A stretch of 64,000 bases of DNA from an uncultured Clostridia bacterium (GTDB taxonomy: Bacteria; Bacillota; Clostridia; Christensenellales; UBA1242), in the NCBI GenBank assembly GCA_934777505.1, contig CAKVNM010000001.1, forward strand, positions 92,977 through 156,976, written 5' to 3'. Under the pieces are notes generated by a model. The model made no database searches. It worked only from the letters and a program-made list of their open reading frames with translations, and was not told the DNA's origin. This document shows, one piece after another, positions 25,544 to 35,324 of the stretch. A program made the position numbers and the translations under genes. Within the stretch, counting starts at the first letter, position 1. Every line of letters starts with the position of its first letter.

Positions 25544-26668
25544 ATGATTAGTAAAGATTTTTTTCAAGCATTGGAAGACTTTGAAACAGAAAGAAAAATA
25601 AAAAAAGAAGTATTTATCGAAGCACTCGAAACAGCACTCACAAGTGCCTATAAAAAGAATTATGGCGAAGCTAAAAGTGCAGTGGTAAAACTCAACCCAG
25701 AAAAACATACAATCAAAATATATAGTTACAAAACTGTTGTTGACGAAGTTGTTGACCCAGACAAAGAAATTTCACTAGAAGACGCAAAGCAAATCAAGTC
25801 AACTTACAAAATCGGTTCTTTGGTTGAAACCGAAGAAATCCCAAAGGATTTTGGTAGAATTGCAGCACAGACAGCAAAACAAGTTGTTATGCAAAAACTA
25901 AGAGAAGCCGAAAAAGAAGTAACAATGAGCGAGATTGCTGAAAAGGAAGACCAACTCATCACAACAATCGTTAAGAGAATTGACGGCAAAAATGTGTTTG
26001 TTGAAATTGGCGCAACCGAAGCAGTGCTTAGCGAAAGAGACCAAATTCCCGGTGAAAAATATCATATTGGCGACAGAATTAAGGTGTATGTAAAGCCAAT
26101 TCCAGAAGATTTCCAAGGCTCACTTGTACAAGTTTCAAGAGCCCATGTGAACTTTGTAAAACGCCTTTTTGAACTTGAAGTTCCAGAAATCGAAAATGGC
26201 GAAATCGAAATCAAATCAATTTCGAGAGAAGCTGGTTCAAGAACAAAAATCGCTGTTGCAAGCGACAATCCAAACCTTGATGTTATCGGTGCGTGCGTTG
26301 GTAACAAGGGCATGAGAATTAATAGCATTGTTAACGAACTTAACGGCGAAAAAATCGATATCATTGAATACAGCGAAGACCCACTTGTATTTATTGAAAG
26401 AGCGCTTAGCCCAGCAAAAGTTATCAAAGTTGAAATGATTGAAGAAGGTCAAGCAAGAGCAATCGTTCCAGACGATGTTCTATCTCTTGCAATTGGCAAG
26501 CAAGGACAAAATGTTAAACTTGCAGCAAGATTGACTCACATCAAGATTGATGTTAAGCCACTTTCAAAAGTAGAAAACGAACAAGTTGAAAACAAGCCAG
26601 TTCACACTGACGAGTTCCAAATTGACGAAAATCTTAGTCTTGACGATTTGTTTAAGGACGAAGAATAA
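25544..26668 (+). CDS. nusA: Transcription termination/antitermination factor NusA
   Basis: S1 and two KH domains (GACVGNKGMRINSI). 374 aa. Confidence 0.97.
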   Translation: MISKDFFQALEDFETERKIKKEVFIEALETALTSAYKKNYGEAKSAVVKLNPEKHTIKIYSYKTVVDEVVDPDKEISLEDAKQIKSTYKIGSLVETEEIPKDFGRIAAQTAKQVVMQKLREAEKEVTMSEIAEKEDQLITTIVKRIDGKNVFVEIGATEAVLSERDQIPGEKYHIGDRIKVYVKPIPEDFQGSLVQVSRAHVNFVKRLFELEVPEIENGEIEIKSISREAGSRTKIAVASDNPNLDVIGACVGNKGMRINSIVNELNGEKIDIIEYSEDPLVFIERALSPAKVIKVEMIEEGQARAIVPDDVLSLAIGKQGQNVKLAARLTHIKIDVKPLSKVENEQVENKPVHTDEFQIDENLSLDDLFKDEE

Positions 26669-26913
26669 TGGCAGAAAGAACTTGCATAGTATGCAAAAAA
26701 AAGTTTGAGCAACCAGATTTGATCAGAATTGTTTTTAATAACGGTCAAATCTCAGTTCAAAATGGCAAGAAAATAGACGGCAGGGGTGCTTATGTTTGCA
26801 AGAACACCGCTTGCCATGAAAATTTGCTAAAACAAAGAGCATTAAACAGAACTTTTAAATGTAACATAAGTTTAGAAGAATATGAAAAATTGTTAAATAT
26901 TTTGAAAAATTAG
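26668..26913 (+). CDS. ylxR: YlxR/RnpM (DUF448) RNA-binding protein
   Basis: RTCIVCKKK...DGRGAYVC motif. Overlaps the nusA stop (TAATG). Confidence 0.85.
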   Translation: MAERTCIVCKKKFEQPDLIRIVFNNGQISVQNGKKIDGRGAYVCKNTACHENLLKQRALNRTFKCNISLEEYEKLLNILKN

Positions 26914-26939
26914 TCATAGGCTAATAAAAGGAGAAGTTT

Positions 26940-29405
26940 GTGGTAGAAAAAACTGAACAAAAAGAAAATAAACAATCAAGTTTGGAAAATTTGAAAAAAC
27001 TAGCATCACTTTGCTCGTCAAATAGTGTGTCGGTTTATGTTGGACAAATTCACAAAGCCAAGCAAATTTTGTCAAACCTTAGCAAGCAAGTAGACACAAA
27101 ACTTGGTGTTTTTGCAAAGAAAGTTGAACCCGCTACAACAACTGTTCAACCTTCGCCAGTTGTAGAACCAAAAGTTAGTGCCAGCGTGCCAGCGAATAAT
27201 AATGTTAGTCACAAGTCAGGTGATGGTTTTTCTACGACTCGACCTTCTAGTTTTAGCCACAGTGGCAAGACTTTTGACAAGTCAAAGCAACCATTTGATA
27301 GAAATAAAAAACCATTTGACAGAAACGGCAAGCCACAATTTAATGGCACAAGACCTTTTGGTCAAAAACCATTTGGTGCTAACGGACAAAAGCCTTTTAA
27401 CAAGCCTTTTGTAAAGAAAAACACAGAGCCAGAAATTGATTTGAACTCTATTGCAAGAGAGCAAAATCGTAACTTTGGCAATAAAAAGAAAACTCACGAT
27501 GCACCACAAGAACACAAAACCATGAACAAAAAGGCACAAATGAGATTTAATGTTGCCGACATGGAAGACGATGACGAAGAAAAACTTGCTAGAAGATACA
27601 AGTCAAGAAGAAAAGCAGAAGTTCAAGTTGAACAACAAATCGCAAAAATCGACCACGCAGTTATCACAAGTGAAAACATGACTGTTAAAGATTTTAGCGA
27701 AAAGATTGGAAAACCAGTTGCCGAAATTGTTAAAAAACTTTTCATTTTGGGTATTATGGCAACAATCAACAGCAAACTTGACTATGATACTGCCGAACTT
27801 ATCGCTAGCGAATTTGGAATTACTCTTGAAAACAACATTCAACAATCGCAAGAGCAATTACTTGCTGAGTCTTTAAAAGCGACCGAACAAGAAGACGAAA
27901 AATTCTTGGTAAAACGCCCACCAGTTGTTACTGTTATGGGTCATGTTGACCACGGAAAAACATCACTTCTTGACGCTATTAGAAAAACAAATGTTGTTGG
28001 CGGAGAAGCAGGTGGAATCACTCAAAGTATCGGTGCTTACACTGTTAAATTCAACAACGAAAACATCACATTTATTGATACACCGGGACACGCTGCCTTC
28101 ACAGCAATGCGTGCTCGTGGTGCGCAAATCACAGATATTGCAATCTTGGTAGTTGCAGCGGACGATGGCGTTATGCCTCAAACTGTTGAAGCAATCAACC
28201 ATATCAAAGCCGCAAATGTTCCAATGATTGTTGCAATCAACAAAATGGATAAGCCAGAAGCAAACCCACAAAGAGTTATGCAAGAACTTGCTGACCATGA
28301 TGTATTGGCAGAAGATTGGGGCGGAGATACTATCTGCGTGCCAATTGCAGCAAAGAAGGGCGAAGGAATTGACAAACTTCTTGAAATGGTTATTCTTCTT
28401 GCCGAAATGCTTGACTTAAAGGCAAATCCACATCGTAGTGCAGTTGGTACTATTATCGAAGCAAAACTTGACAAAGGCAAAGGACCAGTTGCTTCCGTTC
28501 TTGTTCAAAACGGAACACTCAAAATTGGTGATACAGTTGTTTCGGGTACTGCTTTTGGTAGAATTAGAGCAATGCTTGATGAACACGGCAACAATGTTAA
28601 AAAAGCCGAACCATCAACACCTGTTTCAATCTTAGGTCTTGACGAAGTTCCAAGTGCTGGCGACAAATTGACTGTTGTTGACGAGAAAACATCAAAACTT
28701 CTAATTCAGGAAAGAAAGAACAAAATCAAGCAAGACAAAGTTAACGCAACAAGTGCTGTTAGTCTTGAAGAATTTATGAACAAGGCAAAAGAAGGCACAC
28801 TCAAAAACCTTAATGTTATCATCAAAGCCGATGTTCAAGGTTCTGCCGAAGCCTTAAAACAAAGCATTTCCAAAATCAAGAACGAAGAAGTCAAAATTAC
28901 TTGCGTTCATGTTGGAGTCGGTGCAATCAGCGAAAGCGATGTTGTTCTAGCAAAAGCATCAAAGGCAATTATTATTGGCTTTAACACACGACCAGAACCA
29001 AAGGCAAAACAAATTGCCGAACACGACAAAATTGAAATCAAGACATACAATGTTATCTACGAATGCATTGAAGAACTTGAAGCCACAATCAACGGTATGA
29101 TGGCTCCAAAATACAGAGAAATTATCTCTGGCCATGCAGAAGTTAGAAAAGTGTTTAACTTGTCATCACAAGGTGTTATTGCTGGTTCTTATGTTCAAGA
29201 CGGCAAGATTGCAAGAAATAACTTTGCAAGAGTTATTAGAAACGGCAAGGTTGTGGTAGACACTCAAATTATCGGTCTAAAAATCCAAAAAGACGAAGTT
29301 AAGGAAGTTAACAAAACATTTGAGTGCGGTATCAAACTTGCAAACTTTGATGATGTTAAGGAACTTGATATTATTGAAGCCTACACAAAGGAAAGAATTA
29401 ATTAA
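26940..29405 (+). CDS. infB: Translation initiation factor IF-2
   Basis: GTG start after an AAAGGAG SD. G domain [25 protein letters not shown]. The N-terminal region is low-complexity with repeated KPF(D/G) units. Confidence 0.97.
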   Translation: MVEKTEQKENKQSSLENLKKLASLCSSNSVSVYVGQIHKAKQILSNLSKQVDTKLGVFAKKVEPATTTVQPSPVVEPKVSASVPANNNVSHKSGDGFSTTRPSSFSHSGKTFDKSKQPFDRNKKPFDRNGKPQFNGTRPFGQKPFGANGQKPFNKPFVKKNTEPEIDLNSIAREQNRNFGNKKKTHDAPQEHKTMNKKAQMRFNVADMEDDDEEKLARRYKSRRKAEVQVEQQIAKIDHAVITSENMTVKDFSEKIGKPVAEIVKKLFILGIMATINSKLDYDTAELIASEFGITLENNIQQSQEQLLAESLKATEQEDEKFLVKRPPVVTVMGHVDHGKTSLLDAIRKTNVVGGEAGGITQSIGAYTVKFNNENITFIDTPGHAAFTAMRARGAQITDIAILVVAADDGVMPQTVEAINHIKAANVPMIVAINKMDKPEANPQRVMQELADHDVLAEDWGGDTICVPIAAKKGEGIDKLLEMVILLAEMLDLKANPHRSAVGTIIEAKLDKGKGPVASVLVQNGTLKIGDTVVSGTAFGRIRAMLDEHGNNVKKAEPSTPVSILGLDEVPSAGDKLTVVDEKTSKLLIQERKNKIKQDKVNATSAVSLEEFMNKAKEGTLKNLNVIIKADVQGSAEALKQSISKIKNEEVKITCVHVGVGAISESDVVLAKASKAIIIGFNTRPEPKAKQIAEHDKIEIKTYNVIYECIEELEATINGMMAPKYREIISGHAEVRKVFNLSSQGVIAGSYVQDGKIARNNFARVIRNGKVVVDTQIIGLKIQKDEVKEVNKTFECGIKLANFDDVKELDIIEAYTKERIN

Positions 29406-29453
29406 CTTTACATTCTCGCTTTTTGGCGGGAATGTTTAATATAGGAGATATTT

Positions 29454-29804
29454 ATGGCAAAAAACAGAATGGATTTGATTAATGCAGAAATCCAAAAGTC
29501 ACTTTCTAAAACTTTAACTTACGATATGCACAACGAAGACCTAAAAAACTGCTTTATTACAATCACAAAAGTTGACACCACCCCAGATTTAAAATATGCT
29601 AGGGTGTATGTTAGCATTTTTCCAGATGTGCACAAGGAAAAAGTGTTCAATAGTTTAAAGTCCTCGCTAACTTTCCTAAGACGAGAAGTTGCAAAGAATG
29701 TAAAACTTAGAATAACACCAGAACTCCATCTTTATATGGACGACAGTTTGGAATACTCTCAAAAAATCGACACTTTGCTCAATAAAATTCACAAAGATAA
29801 TTAG
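29454..29804 (+). CDS. rbfA: Ribosome-binding factor A
   Basis: 116 aa with ITITKVDTTPDLKYARVYVS. Confidence 0.9.
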   Translation: MAKNRMDLINAEIQKSLSKTLTYDMHNEDLKNCFITITKVDTTPDLKYARVYVSIFPDVHKEKVFNSLKSSLTFLRREVAKNVKLRITPELHLYMDDSLEYSQKIDTLLNKIHKDN

Positions 29805-29812
29805 GAGAACAC

Positions 29813-30769
29813 ATGATTTTTGACGAAATCTACGACCAACTTTCCAAAATTAATAGCGTAGCCATTTTTACTCATCAAAATAGTGACGCAGACGCTCTTG
29901 GAAGCAGTATTGCTTTCAAACTTTTTCTTGAAAAAATGGGCAAAAATGTGGCAATCTTTGTTCAAAAGCCTATTCACAGAAATTACAACTTTCTAGGTGT
30001 GGACAAGCACATAAACCAGTCAAAACAAAAGTATTTTGACTTGGCACTCTGTTTGGATTGCCCAAATAGTTCAAGGTTTGGAATATATCAAAAAAAGTTT
30101 CAAAACATAAAAAACTCGATTGCGATTGACCACCACGCAGATTTTGAAAATTTTGCTAGTATTAACTACTGTGACAGTGCATCTGCGTCAACTTGCTTGC
30201 TTTTGTACAGATTTTTTAGGCACATAAAAGCAGAAATAACTAGCGAAATGGCACTTTGTCTATATAGTGGAATGTCGACTGACACGGGCAGATTTTGCTA
30301 CTCAAACCTAACGCCAGAACTATTTGAAGCGGTGGCAGAACTATACAGAGTTGGCTTTGACTATCTTAAAGCAAACTACAACTTGTTTCAACAGCAAACA
30401 AGGAGTGAAGTTGAACTTTTTAAGTGCGGAATTAATAAAATCAACTACTTTGAAAACGGCAAAATTGCAATCGTCAAGATTGACGCACAAGACCTTATTA
30501 AAACAGGCACAAGACCTAATGATACATACAAAATTATTGACTTTTTGCTAAATATCGAAGGTGTGGAGATTGCTTGTTTGCTCACGGAGTATGACGAAAA
30601 CGAGTATTTGGTTTCGATTAGGACACGAAACAAAAACGCTCAAAATATTGCCAAAGAATTTGGCGGTGGCGGACACCTTAAAGCGTCAGGTTGCAGAATT
30701 TTTACAGACGGCAACACTGCTTTTAAGCAACTAAAACAGGCTTGCGAAAAGGAACTAAAAAGGGAGTAA
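29813..30769 (+). CDS. nrnA: DHH/DHHA1 phosphoesterase (NrnA-like oligoribonuclease / pAp phosphatase)
   Basis: HQNSDADALGS, AIDHH and GGGGH motifs. Confidence 0.85.
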   Translation: MIFDEIYDQLSKINSVAIFTHQNSDADALGSSIAFKLFLEKMGKNVAIFVQKPIHRNYNFLGVDKHINQSKQKYFDLALCLDCPNSSRFGIYQKKFQNIKNSIAIDHHADFENFASINYCDSASASTCLLLYRFFRHIKAEITSEMALCLYSGMSTDTGRFCYSNLTPELFEAVAELYRVGFDYLKANYNLFQQQTRSEVELFKCGINKINYFENGKIAIVKIDAQDLIKTGTRPNDTYKIIDFLLNIEGVEIACLLTEYDENEYLVSIRTRNKNAQNIAKEFGGGGHLKASGCRIFTDGNTAFKQLKQACEKELKRE

Positions 30770-30770
30770 T

Positions 30771-31619
30771 ATGAACGGAATAATTGTTGTTAACAAACCA
30801 CTAAATGTTTCGTCCAGCAAGGTTGTTAGCATAGTAAAAAAGGCGTTAAATCAGTCCAAAGTTGGACACCTTGGCACGCTCGACCCGCTTGCAACTGGCG
30901 TTTTGCCAATCTGCGTTGGCAGAGCAACCAAACTTTTTGACTACTACCTAAACAAAACCAAAACTTATGTGGCACAGTTCACTTTTGGAAAAACCACCGA
31001 CACTTTGGATAGCGAAGGTGTTATAACCGATACTTGTTCAAAAATTCCAACGATTGACGAAATTAATTCAGCACTCGCTTCGCTCACTGGTGAAATCGAC
31101 CAAATGCCACCAAAGTACTCAGCAAAGAGTGTTGGTGGAGTTAGGGCATACGAACTATCTCGAAAAGGCATAGAGTTTGAATTGAAACCAAAAAGAGTTC
31201 AGGTGTTCAAATTCGAACTCACAAAACAGATTTCTAGCGACACTTTTGAATTTTTGATTGATTGTTCAAGCGGGACATATATCAGGAGTCTTGCTCGTGA
31301 TTTGGGTTTAAAAACTGGCTCGCTGGCATATATGAGTGCGTTAAATCGAACACGAAGCGGAGAATTTACTCTTGCTCAGGCAGTTGATATTGACAATATC
31401 AGCGAAAAAAGTGTTATCAGTTTGGACGAAGTGTTGAAAGACTTAGACAAGGTGGAAGTTGGACAAGAATATTTTGACAAACTTGCCAACGGCAACGAAA
31501 TCAAGTACAATACGGACGACAAAACGGGCTTTTTGCTATATTCAAAAAACACTCTTTTTGGAATTTCAGATTGCAAAAATAATAGGATAAAGGTTAGGGT
31601 TAATTTGTATGATAGATGA
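30771..31619 (+). CDS. truB: tRNA pseudouridine55 synthase TruB
   Basis: GHLGTLDPLATGVLPI catalytic motif. Confidence 0.95.
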   Translation: MNGIIVVNKPLNVSSSKVVSIVKKALNQSKVGHLGTLDPLATGVLPICVGRATKLFDYYLNKTKTYVAQFTFGKTTDTLDSEGVITDTCSKIPTIDEINSALASLTGEIDQMPPKYSAKSVGGVRAYELSRKGIEFELKPKRVQVFKFELTKQISSDTFEFLIDCSSGTYIRSLARDLGLKTGSLAYMSALNRTRSGEFTLAQAVDIDNISEKSVISLDEVLKDLDKVEVGQEYFDKLANGNEIKYNTDDKTGFLLYSKNTLFGISDCKNNRIKVRVNLYDR

Positions 31620-32475
31620 AATAAGATTTGGTCCATCGGGCAATAGTCAAATTTTTTATGACGCGGGTCATAAAAGTTCTATTGAAGCCCCAAAGTTTTT
31701 GAAAGAACATGGACTCGGTTGCTATGAATACTCGTTTGGCAGGGGATTTGTCCTTGGGACAGAAACCGCCAAAAAACTTGGCGAAGAAGCCGTAAAAAAT
31801 GATATATTAATGAGCGTTCATGCTCCATATTACATTAATTTGGCTAACGGAAACGATGCCACGATAGACAAAAACATAAATTATATTTTAAAAAGTTTGG
31901 ATTATCTTAAACTTTTTAACGGCAAAAAATGCGTTGTTCACACTGGAAGTCAAAACAAACTTTCAAGACCTGATGCATTAAACAATCTTTATAGGCAACT
32001 CGACTTTGTTTTGCAAGCATATCATGATGGCGACTACTTAGGCACATATATATGTCCAGAAACCATGGGAAAGTCGCAACAAATTGGCTCTGTTGACGAG
32101 ATTTTGGAAATCTGCAAGCGAGATGACTGCTTGATTCCAACATTTGATTTTGGACACATTAACGCCGTTACTGGTGGAACTTTAAAAGGCATTGACGACT
32201 ATCGAAAAATAATCGACAAGTGCTTTGATACTCTCGGCGAGTTTAAAACCAAAAATATGCATATTCATTTTTCAAAGATTGAATACACAAGCAAGGGCGA
32301 AGTCAAGCACCTAACACTTGATGACGATATTTATGGTCCAGAGTTTGAGCCACTTGCAGTATTGCTTCATGAATACAACTTGACTCCAACCGTAATTAGC
32401 GAAAGCAAGGCAAAAATGATGGAAGACGCAATGACTTTGCATAAGATTTATGAAAGCATTAGCAAAAATTCTTGA
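31609..32475 (+). CDS. Endonuclease IV-like TIM-barrel protein (AP_endonuc_2 / xylose isomerase-like fold)
   Basis: Metal-ligand pattern HAPYY...VVHTG...PETMG...FDFGH...HIHFS...ISE. Occupies the position where ribF usually follows truB. Confidence 0.7.
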   Translation: MIDEIRFGPSGNSQIFYDAGHKSSIEAPKFLKEHGLGCYEYSFGRGFVLGTETAKKLGEEAVKNDILMSVHAPYYINLANGNDATIDKNINYILKSLDYLKLFNGKKCVVHTGSQNKLSRPDALNNLYRQLDFVLQAYHDGDYLGTYICPETMGKSQQIGSVDEILEICKRDDCLIPTFDFGHINAVTGGTLKGIDDYRKIIDKCFDTLGEFKTKNMHIHFSKIEYTSKGEVKHLTLDDDIYGPEFEPLAVLLHEYNLTPTVISESKAKMMEDAMTLHKIYESISKNS

Positions 32476-32551
32476 CAAATTTGTCTATATAACTTATACT
32501 AGTAAAGTTTAGACATATCTAAAAGTTTTTTATTGAGAAAAGGAGAAAATT

Positions 32552-33106
32552 ATGACAACTGGTGATTTAAAAATTGGTAGCACATTTATTATGGATAACA
32601 ATATTTATGTTGTAGTTGAATGGCAACATGTTTGTCAACCAAGACTTGCAGCATTTATTCGTGGAAGAATTAAGAATGTGGAAACTGGCGCTGTTTTGGA
32701 AAGAAACTTCAAAACAAACGAAAAAGTAGACGAAGCAGTTATCGAAAAAAGAGAAATGCAATATCTCTACAACGATGGCGACCTTTACTACTTTATGGAC
32801 AAAGAAAACTTTGAACAAATCCCACTTAACAAGGCAGATTGCGAATCAGCATTGAAGTACATTGTTGAAAATATGGATGTTACAATCAACTCATGCAACG
32901 GCAGAGTTATTTCTGTAACACCACCACTATTTGTTGAACTTAACATTGTAAAATGCGACCCAGCAGTTCAAGGCGACACAAGCAAATCCGCTATGAAACC
33001 AGCAACTTTGGAAACTGGTCTTGAAATCAAAGTTCCACTATTCGTTAACCAAGATGACAGAGTTAGAATCGACACAAGAACTGGCGAATACATGGAAAGA
33101 GTGTAG
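32552..33106 (+). CDS. efp: Elongation factor P
   Basis: 184 aa with the typical EF-P N-terminus and KPA loop (MKPATLETG). Confidence 0.97.
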   Translation: MTTGDLKIGSTFIMDNNIYVVVEWQHVCQPRLAAFIRGRIKNVETGAVLERNFKTNEKVDEAVIEKREMQYLYNDGDLYYFMDKENFEQIPLNKADCESALKYIVENMDVTINSCNGRVISVTPPLFVELNIVKCDPAVQGDTSKSAMKPATLETGLEIKVPLFVNQDDRVRIDTRTGEYMERV

Positions 33107-33136
33107 TATAACCACAAATATTTATTAAAAATTAAA

Positions 33137-33163
33137 GTGCAAATTGTTGCACTTTTTTTGTGC
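33137..33163 (+). terminator. Rho-independent terminator after efp
   Basis: Stem GTGCAA/TTGCAC, then T7 and GTGC. Confidence 0.85.
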
Positions 33164-33225
33164 TAAAAATTCTATATTTTACGCCCTTTGCATATTAATA
33201 GTAAACGGAAAAAAGGGGACAGGCT

Positions 33226-34134
33226 ATGCTTGATATATTTCCAAATTTTGTAGAAAGTGCGTTGTCTTGCTTGGACTATAAAGGCTTGCAGGAATTAAGA
33301 CTAAGAGTGGGAAAACCCGCAACAGTGTGTTATTTTAGCAAGTACTATTATCTTGGCGAAAACGGGCTTATGCAACACAAAAAACAAGCATTAATTTTGG
33401 ACGCTGGCGATTTGGAAAACATAATCTTTAAAGCCTCAAACTTTTCTGTTTATGCAGTAAACGAAGACATAAAAAAGGGCTTTATTTCACTCAGCAGTGG
33501 CATTAGAATTGGCATTGTTGGACAAGTAGTCAGCGAAAACGATAAAGTTTTGACAATTAAAAATTTTAGTTCTTTAAATATTCGTTTCCCGCACGAAATC
33601 AAGGGGTCAAGTGAAAAAATAATTGACAAACTTATCGAAAACGGCGAGTTTTTGAACACCTTGATTTTATCCAAGCCGTCTGCTGGAAAAACCACGCTCG
33701 CACGAGATATTATAAGACAGATTTCGGGCATAAAACTAACAAAAAATGTGCTTGTTGTTGACGAAAGAAACGAACTCAGCGGATTTCATAACGGCGAATG
33801 TGGGCTTGATGTTGGTGATTTTAGTGATGTTATCGTTGATTGTAACAAATCCTATGCGTTTTCAAACGGCATTCGTTCAATGAGTCCAGATGTGATTGTG
33901 ACTGACGAAATCGGTTCAAAGCAGGATTGTGACGGCATTTTTCATGCCACGAGTTGCGGTGTAAAGCTTCTGGCGACTATTCATTCAAACGATTTAAAAC
34001 AACTGTTTTTAAAACCCGATTTTGCCACGATTTTGCAAAAAAAGGTGTTTGAACGATATGTTGTGCTGTCAAATCGGCTGGGAAAAGGCACGATAGAAGG
34101 AGTGTATGATGAAAATCTTAACCCAATTTTGTAG
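33226..34134 (+). CDS. spoIIIAA: Stage III sporulation protein AA (ATPase)
   Basis: Walker A SKPSAGKTTLARD, Walker B VIVTDEIG. First gene of an eight-gene spoIIIA cluster. Confidence 0.9.
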   Translation: MLDIFPNFVESALSCLDYKGLQELRLRVGKPATVCYFSKYYYLGENGLMQHKKQALILDAGDLENIIFKASNFSVYAVNEDIKKGFISLSSGIRIGIVGQVVSENDKVLTIKNFSSLNIRFPHEIKGSSEKIIDKLIENGEFLNTLILSKPSAGKTTLARDIIRQISGIKLTKNVLVVDERNELSGFHNGECGLDVGDFSDVIVDCNKSYAFSNGIRSMSPDVIVTDEIGSKQDCDGIFHATSCGVKLLATIHSNDLKQLFLKPDFATILQKKVFERYVVLSNRLGKGTIEGVYDENLNPIL

Positions 34135-34143
34135 AGAGATGGT

Positions 34144-34641
34144 ATGTTAAAAGTTGCGTTGATATTGATTGTTTGTGGTTTGGTAGTGTTTTTGGCGTAC
34201 AAATTTTATGTCTACTACAAGGCTAGGCAATGTTACTATCAAAATTTATGCGATTTTTGTACATATTTGCAGTCGCAGATAGGATTTTTAAAGACCGATA
34301 TATATAACCTTGTTGAACAGCGAAAAAACACCTATAAAAAGGAGTTTTTAAAGACGCTTGAATGTTATCAAAAAGCATTAAAAAGCACGAATTTTCGGGA
34401 AGATATGCAAAAAACAATGATGACTAATCTGTTGCTCGACCCAGAAAAAGCAAAGATTATTGATTTTTTTGATATGTTAGGGAAAACCAATCAAATGGAC
34501 CAGTTGTCACAAATATCTGCGTGTAAAGCAGAATTTGAAAGTAAACTTTCGTCCGTCAGTCAAGAAACGCAAAAAAAGGGGACAACATCGTTTAAATTAG
34601 GAATATTGTTGGCAATAGCAATATTTGTGATATTTATTTGA
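34144..34641 (+). CDS. spoIIIAB: Stage III sporulation protein AB
   Basis: 165 aa with TM helices at both ends. Position within the operon. Confidence 0.85.
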   Translation: MLKVALILIVCGLVVFLAYKFYVYYKARQCYYQNLCDFCTYLQSQIGFLKTDIYNLVEQRKNTYKKEFLKTLECYQKALKSTNFREDMQKTMMTNLLLDPEKAKIIDFFDMLGKTNQMDQLSQISACKAEFESKLSSVSQETQKKGTTSFKLGILLAIAIFVIFI

Positions 34642-34672
34642 TAAAAAAGGTGAGATATTAGTCGATTTTTCG

Positions 34673-34714
34673 TTGCATAGTACTATGCAACATACTATGC
34701 ATAATACTATGCAA
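34673..34714. repeat. 18-bp perfect palindrome TTGCATAGTACTATGCAA, then two more 12-bp-spaced TACTATGCA units (site A)
   Basis: Read directly from the sequence. TACTATGCA starts at 34681, 34693 and 34705, with TGCATAGTA at 34674. It lies in an unusual 83-bp gap between spoIIIAB and spoIIIAC. Confidence 0.9.
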
Positions 34715-34724
34715 AGGGGAAAAT

Positions 34725-34928
34725 ATGGGTGTTGATATAATTTTTAAGATAGCAGGAATAGGAATTTTGACCGCAATAGTCAATCAAGTGCTTAAATATT
34801 CTGGAAAAGACGAGATTGCAACCTTAACAACGCTTGCTTCGGTCATTGTGGTGTTGCTAATGATTGTAAATCTTATAAGTGACCTGTTTAACACTGTAAA
34901 AGGGCTATTTTCGCTGAATATATTTTAG
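34725..34928 (+). CDS. spoIIIAC: Stage III sporulation protein AC
   Basis: 67 aa, two TM helices, IFKIAGIGILTAIVNQVLK. Confidence 0.9.
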   Translation: MGVDIIFKIAGIGILTAIVNQVLKYSGKDEIATLTTLASVIVVLLMIVNLISDLFNTVKGLFSLNIF

Positions 34929-34937
34929 GAGTGGAAC

Positions 34938-35324
34938 ATGGATATATTCAAAATCATAATTGTTGGATTAATAACCGTCATAACTACGATAATTTTAAAG
35001 CAAATCAAGCCAGAAATGGCGGTTTTTATATCTATTGCGGGCGGACTAGTTATTATTTTTATGATAATCAACAGTGTTACGACTGTTTTTGCGGGTTTTA
35101 ATAGTCTTGTTAGCAAAACGGGCATAAATTCTAGCCTTTTTAAGAGTATTTTAAAGGTGGTGGGGATTGGTTATTGCACCGAATTTGCTTCTAGTCTTTG
35201 CATTGATAGCGGGAATAGTTCCATTGCAGACAAAATCATGTTTTCTGGCAAGGTTACAATTTTGGTTTTGTCAATGCCAGTGATAAATAATCTTATAGAA
35301 ATGATAATTGGACTTATGCCATGA
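34938..35324 (+). CDS. spoIIIAD: Stage III sporulation protein AD
   Basis: 128-aa polytopic membrane protein. Operon position. Confidence 0.9.
   Translation: MDIFKIIIVGLITVITTIILKQIKPEMAVFISIAGGLVIIFMIINSVTTVFAGFNSLVSKTGINSSLFKSILKVVGIGYCTEFASSLCIDSGNSSIADKIMFSGKVTILVLSMPVINNLIEMIIGLMP

Noticed and set aside
27240-27420. DNA and protein tandem repeats (KPFDRN / KPFG units) in the N-terminal region of infB
   Set aside because: IF-2 N-terminal regions are commonly low-complexity and repetitive. This is not an independent feature.
33171-33198. Possible sigma-E promoter of spoIIIAA (TCTATATT ... CATATTAA)
   Set aside because: The elements resemble the sigma-E -35 (ATATT) and -10 (CATAnnnT). 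By my count the spacer is about 2 nt shorter than the consensus I remember, so I cannot support the call without transcript mapping.
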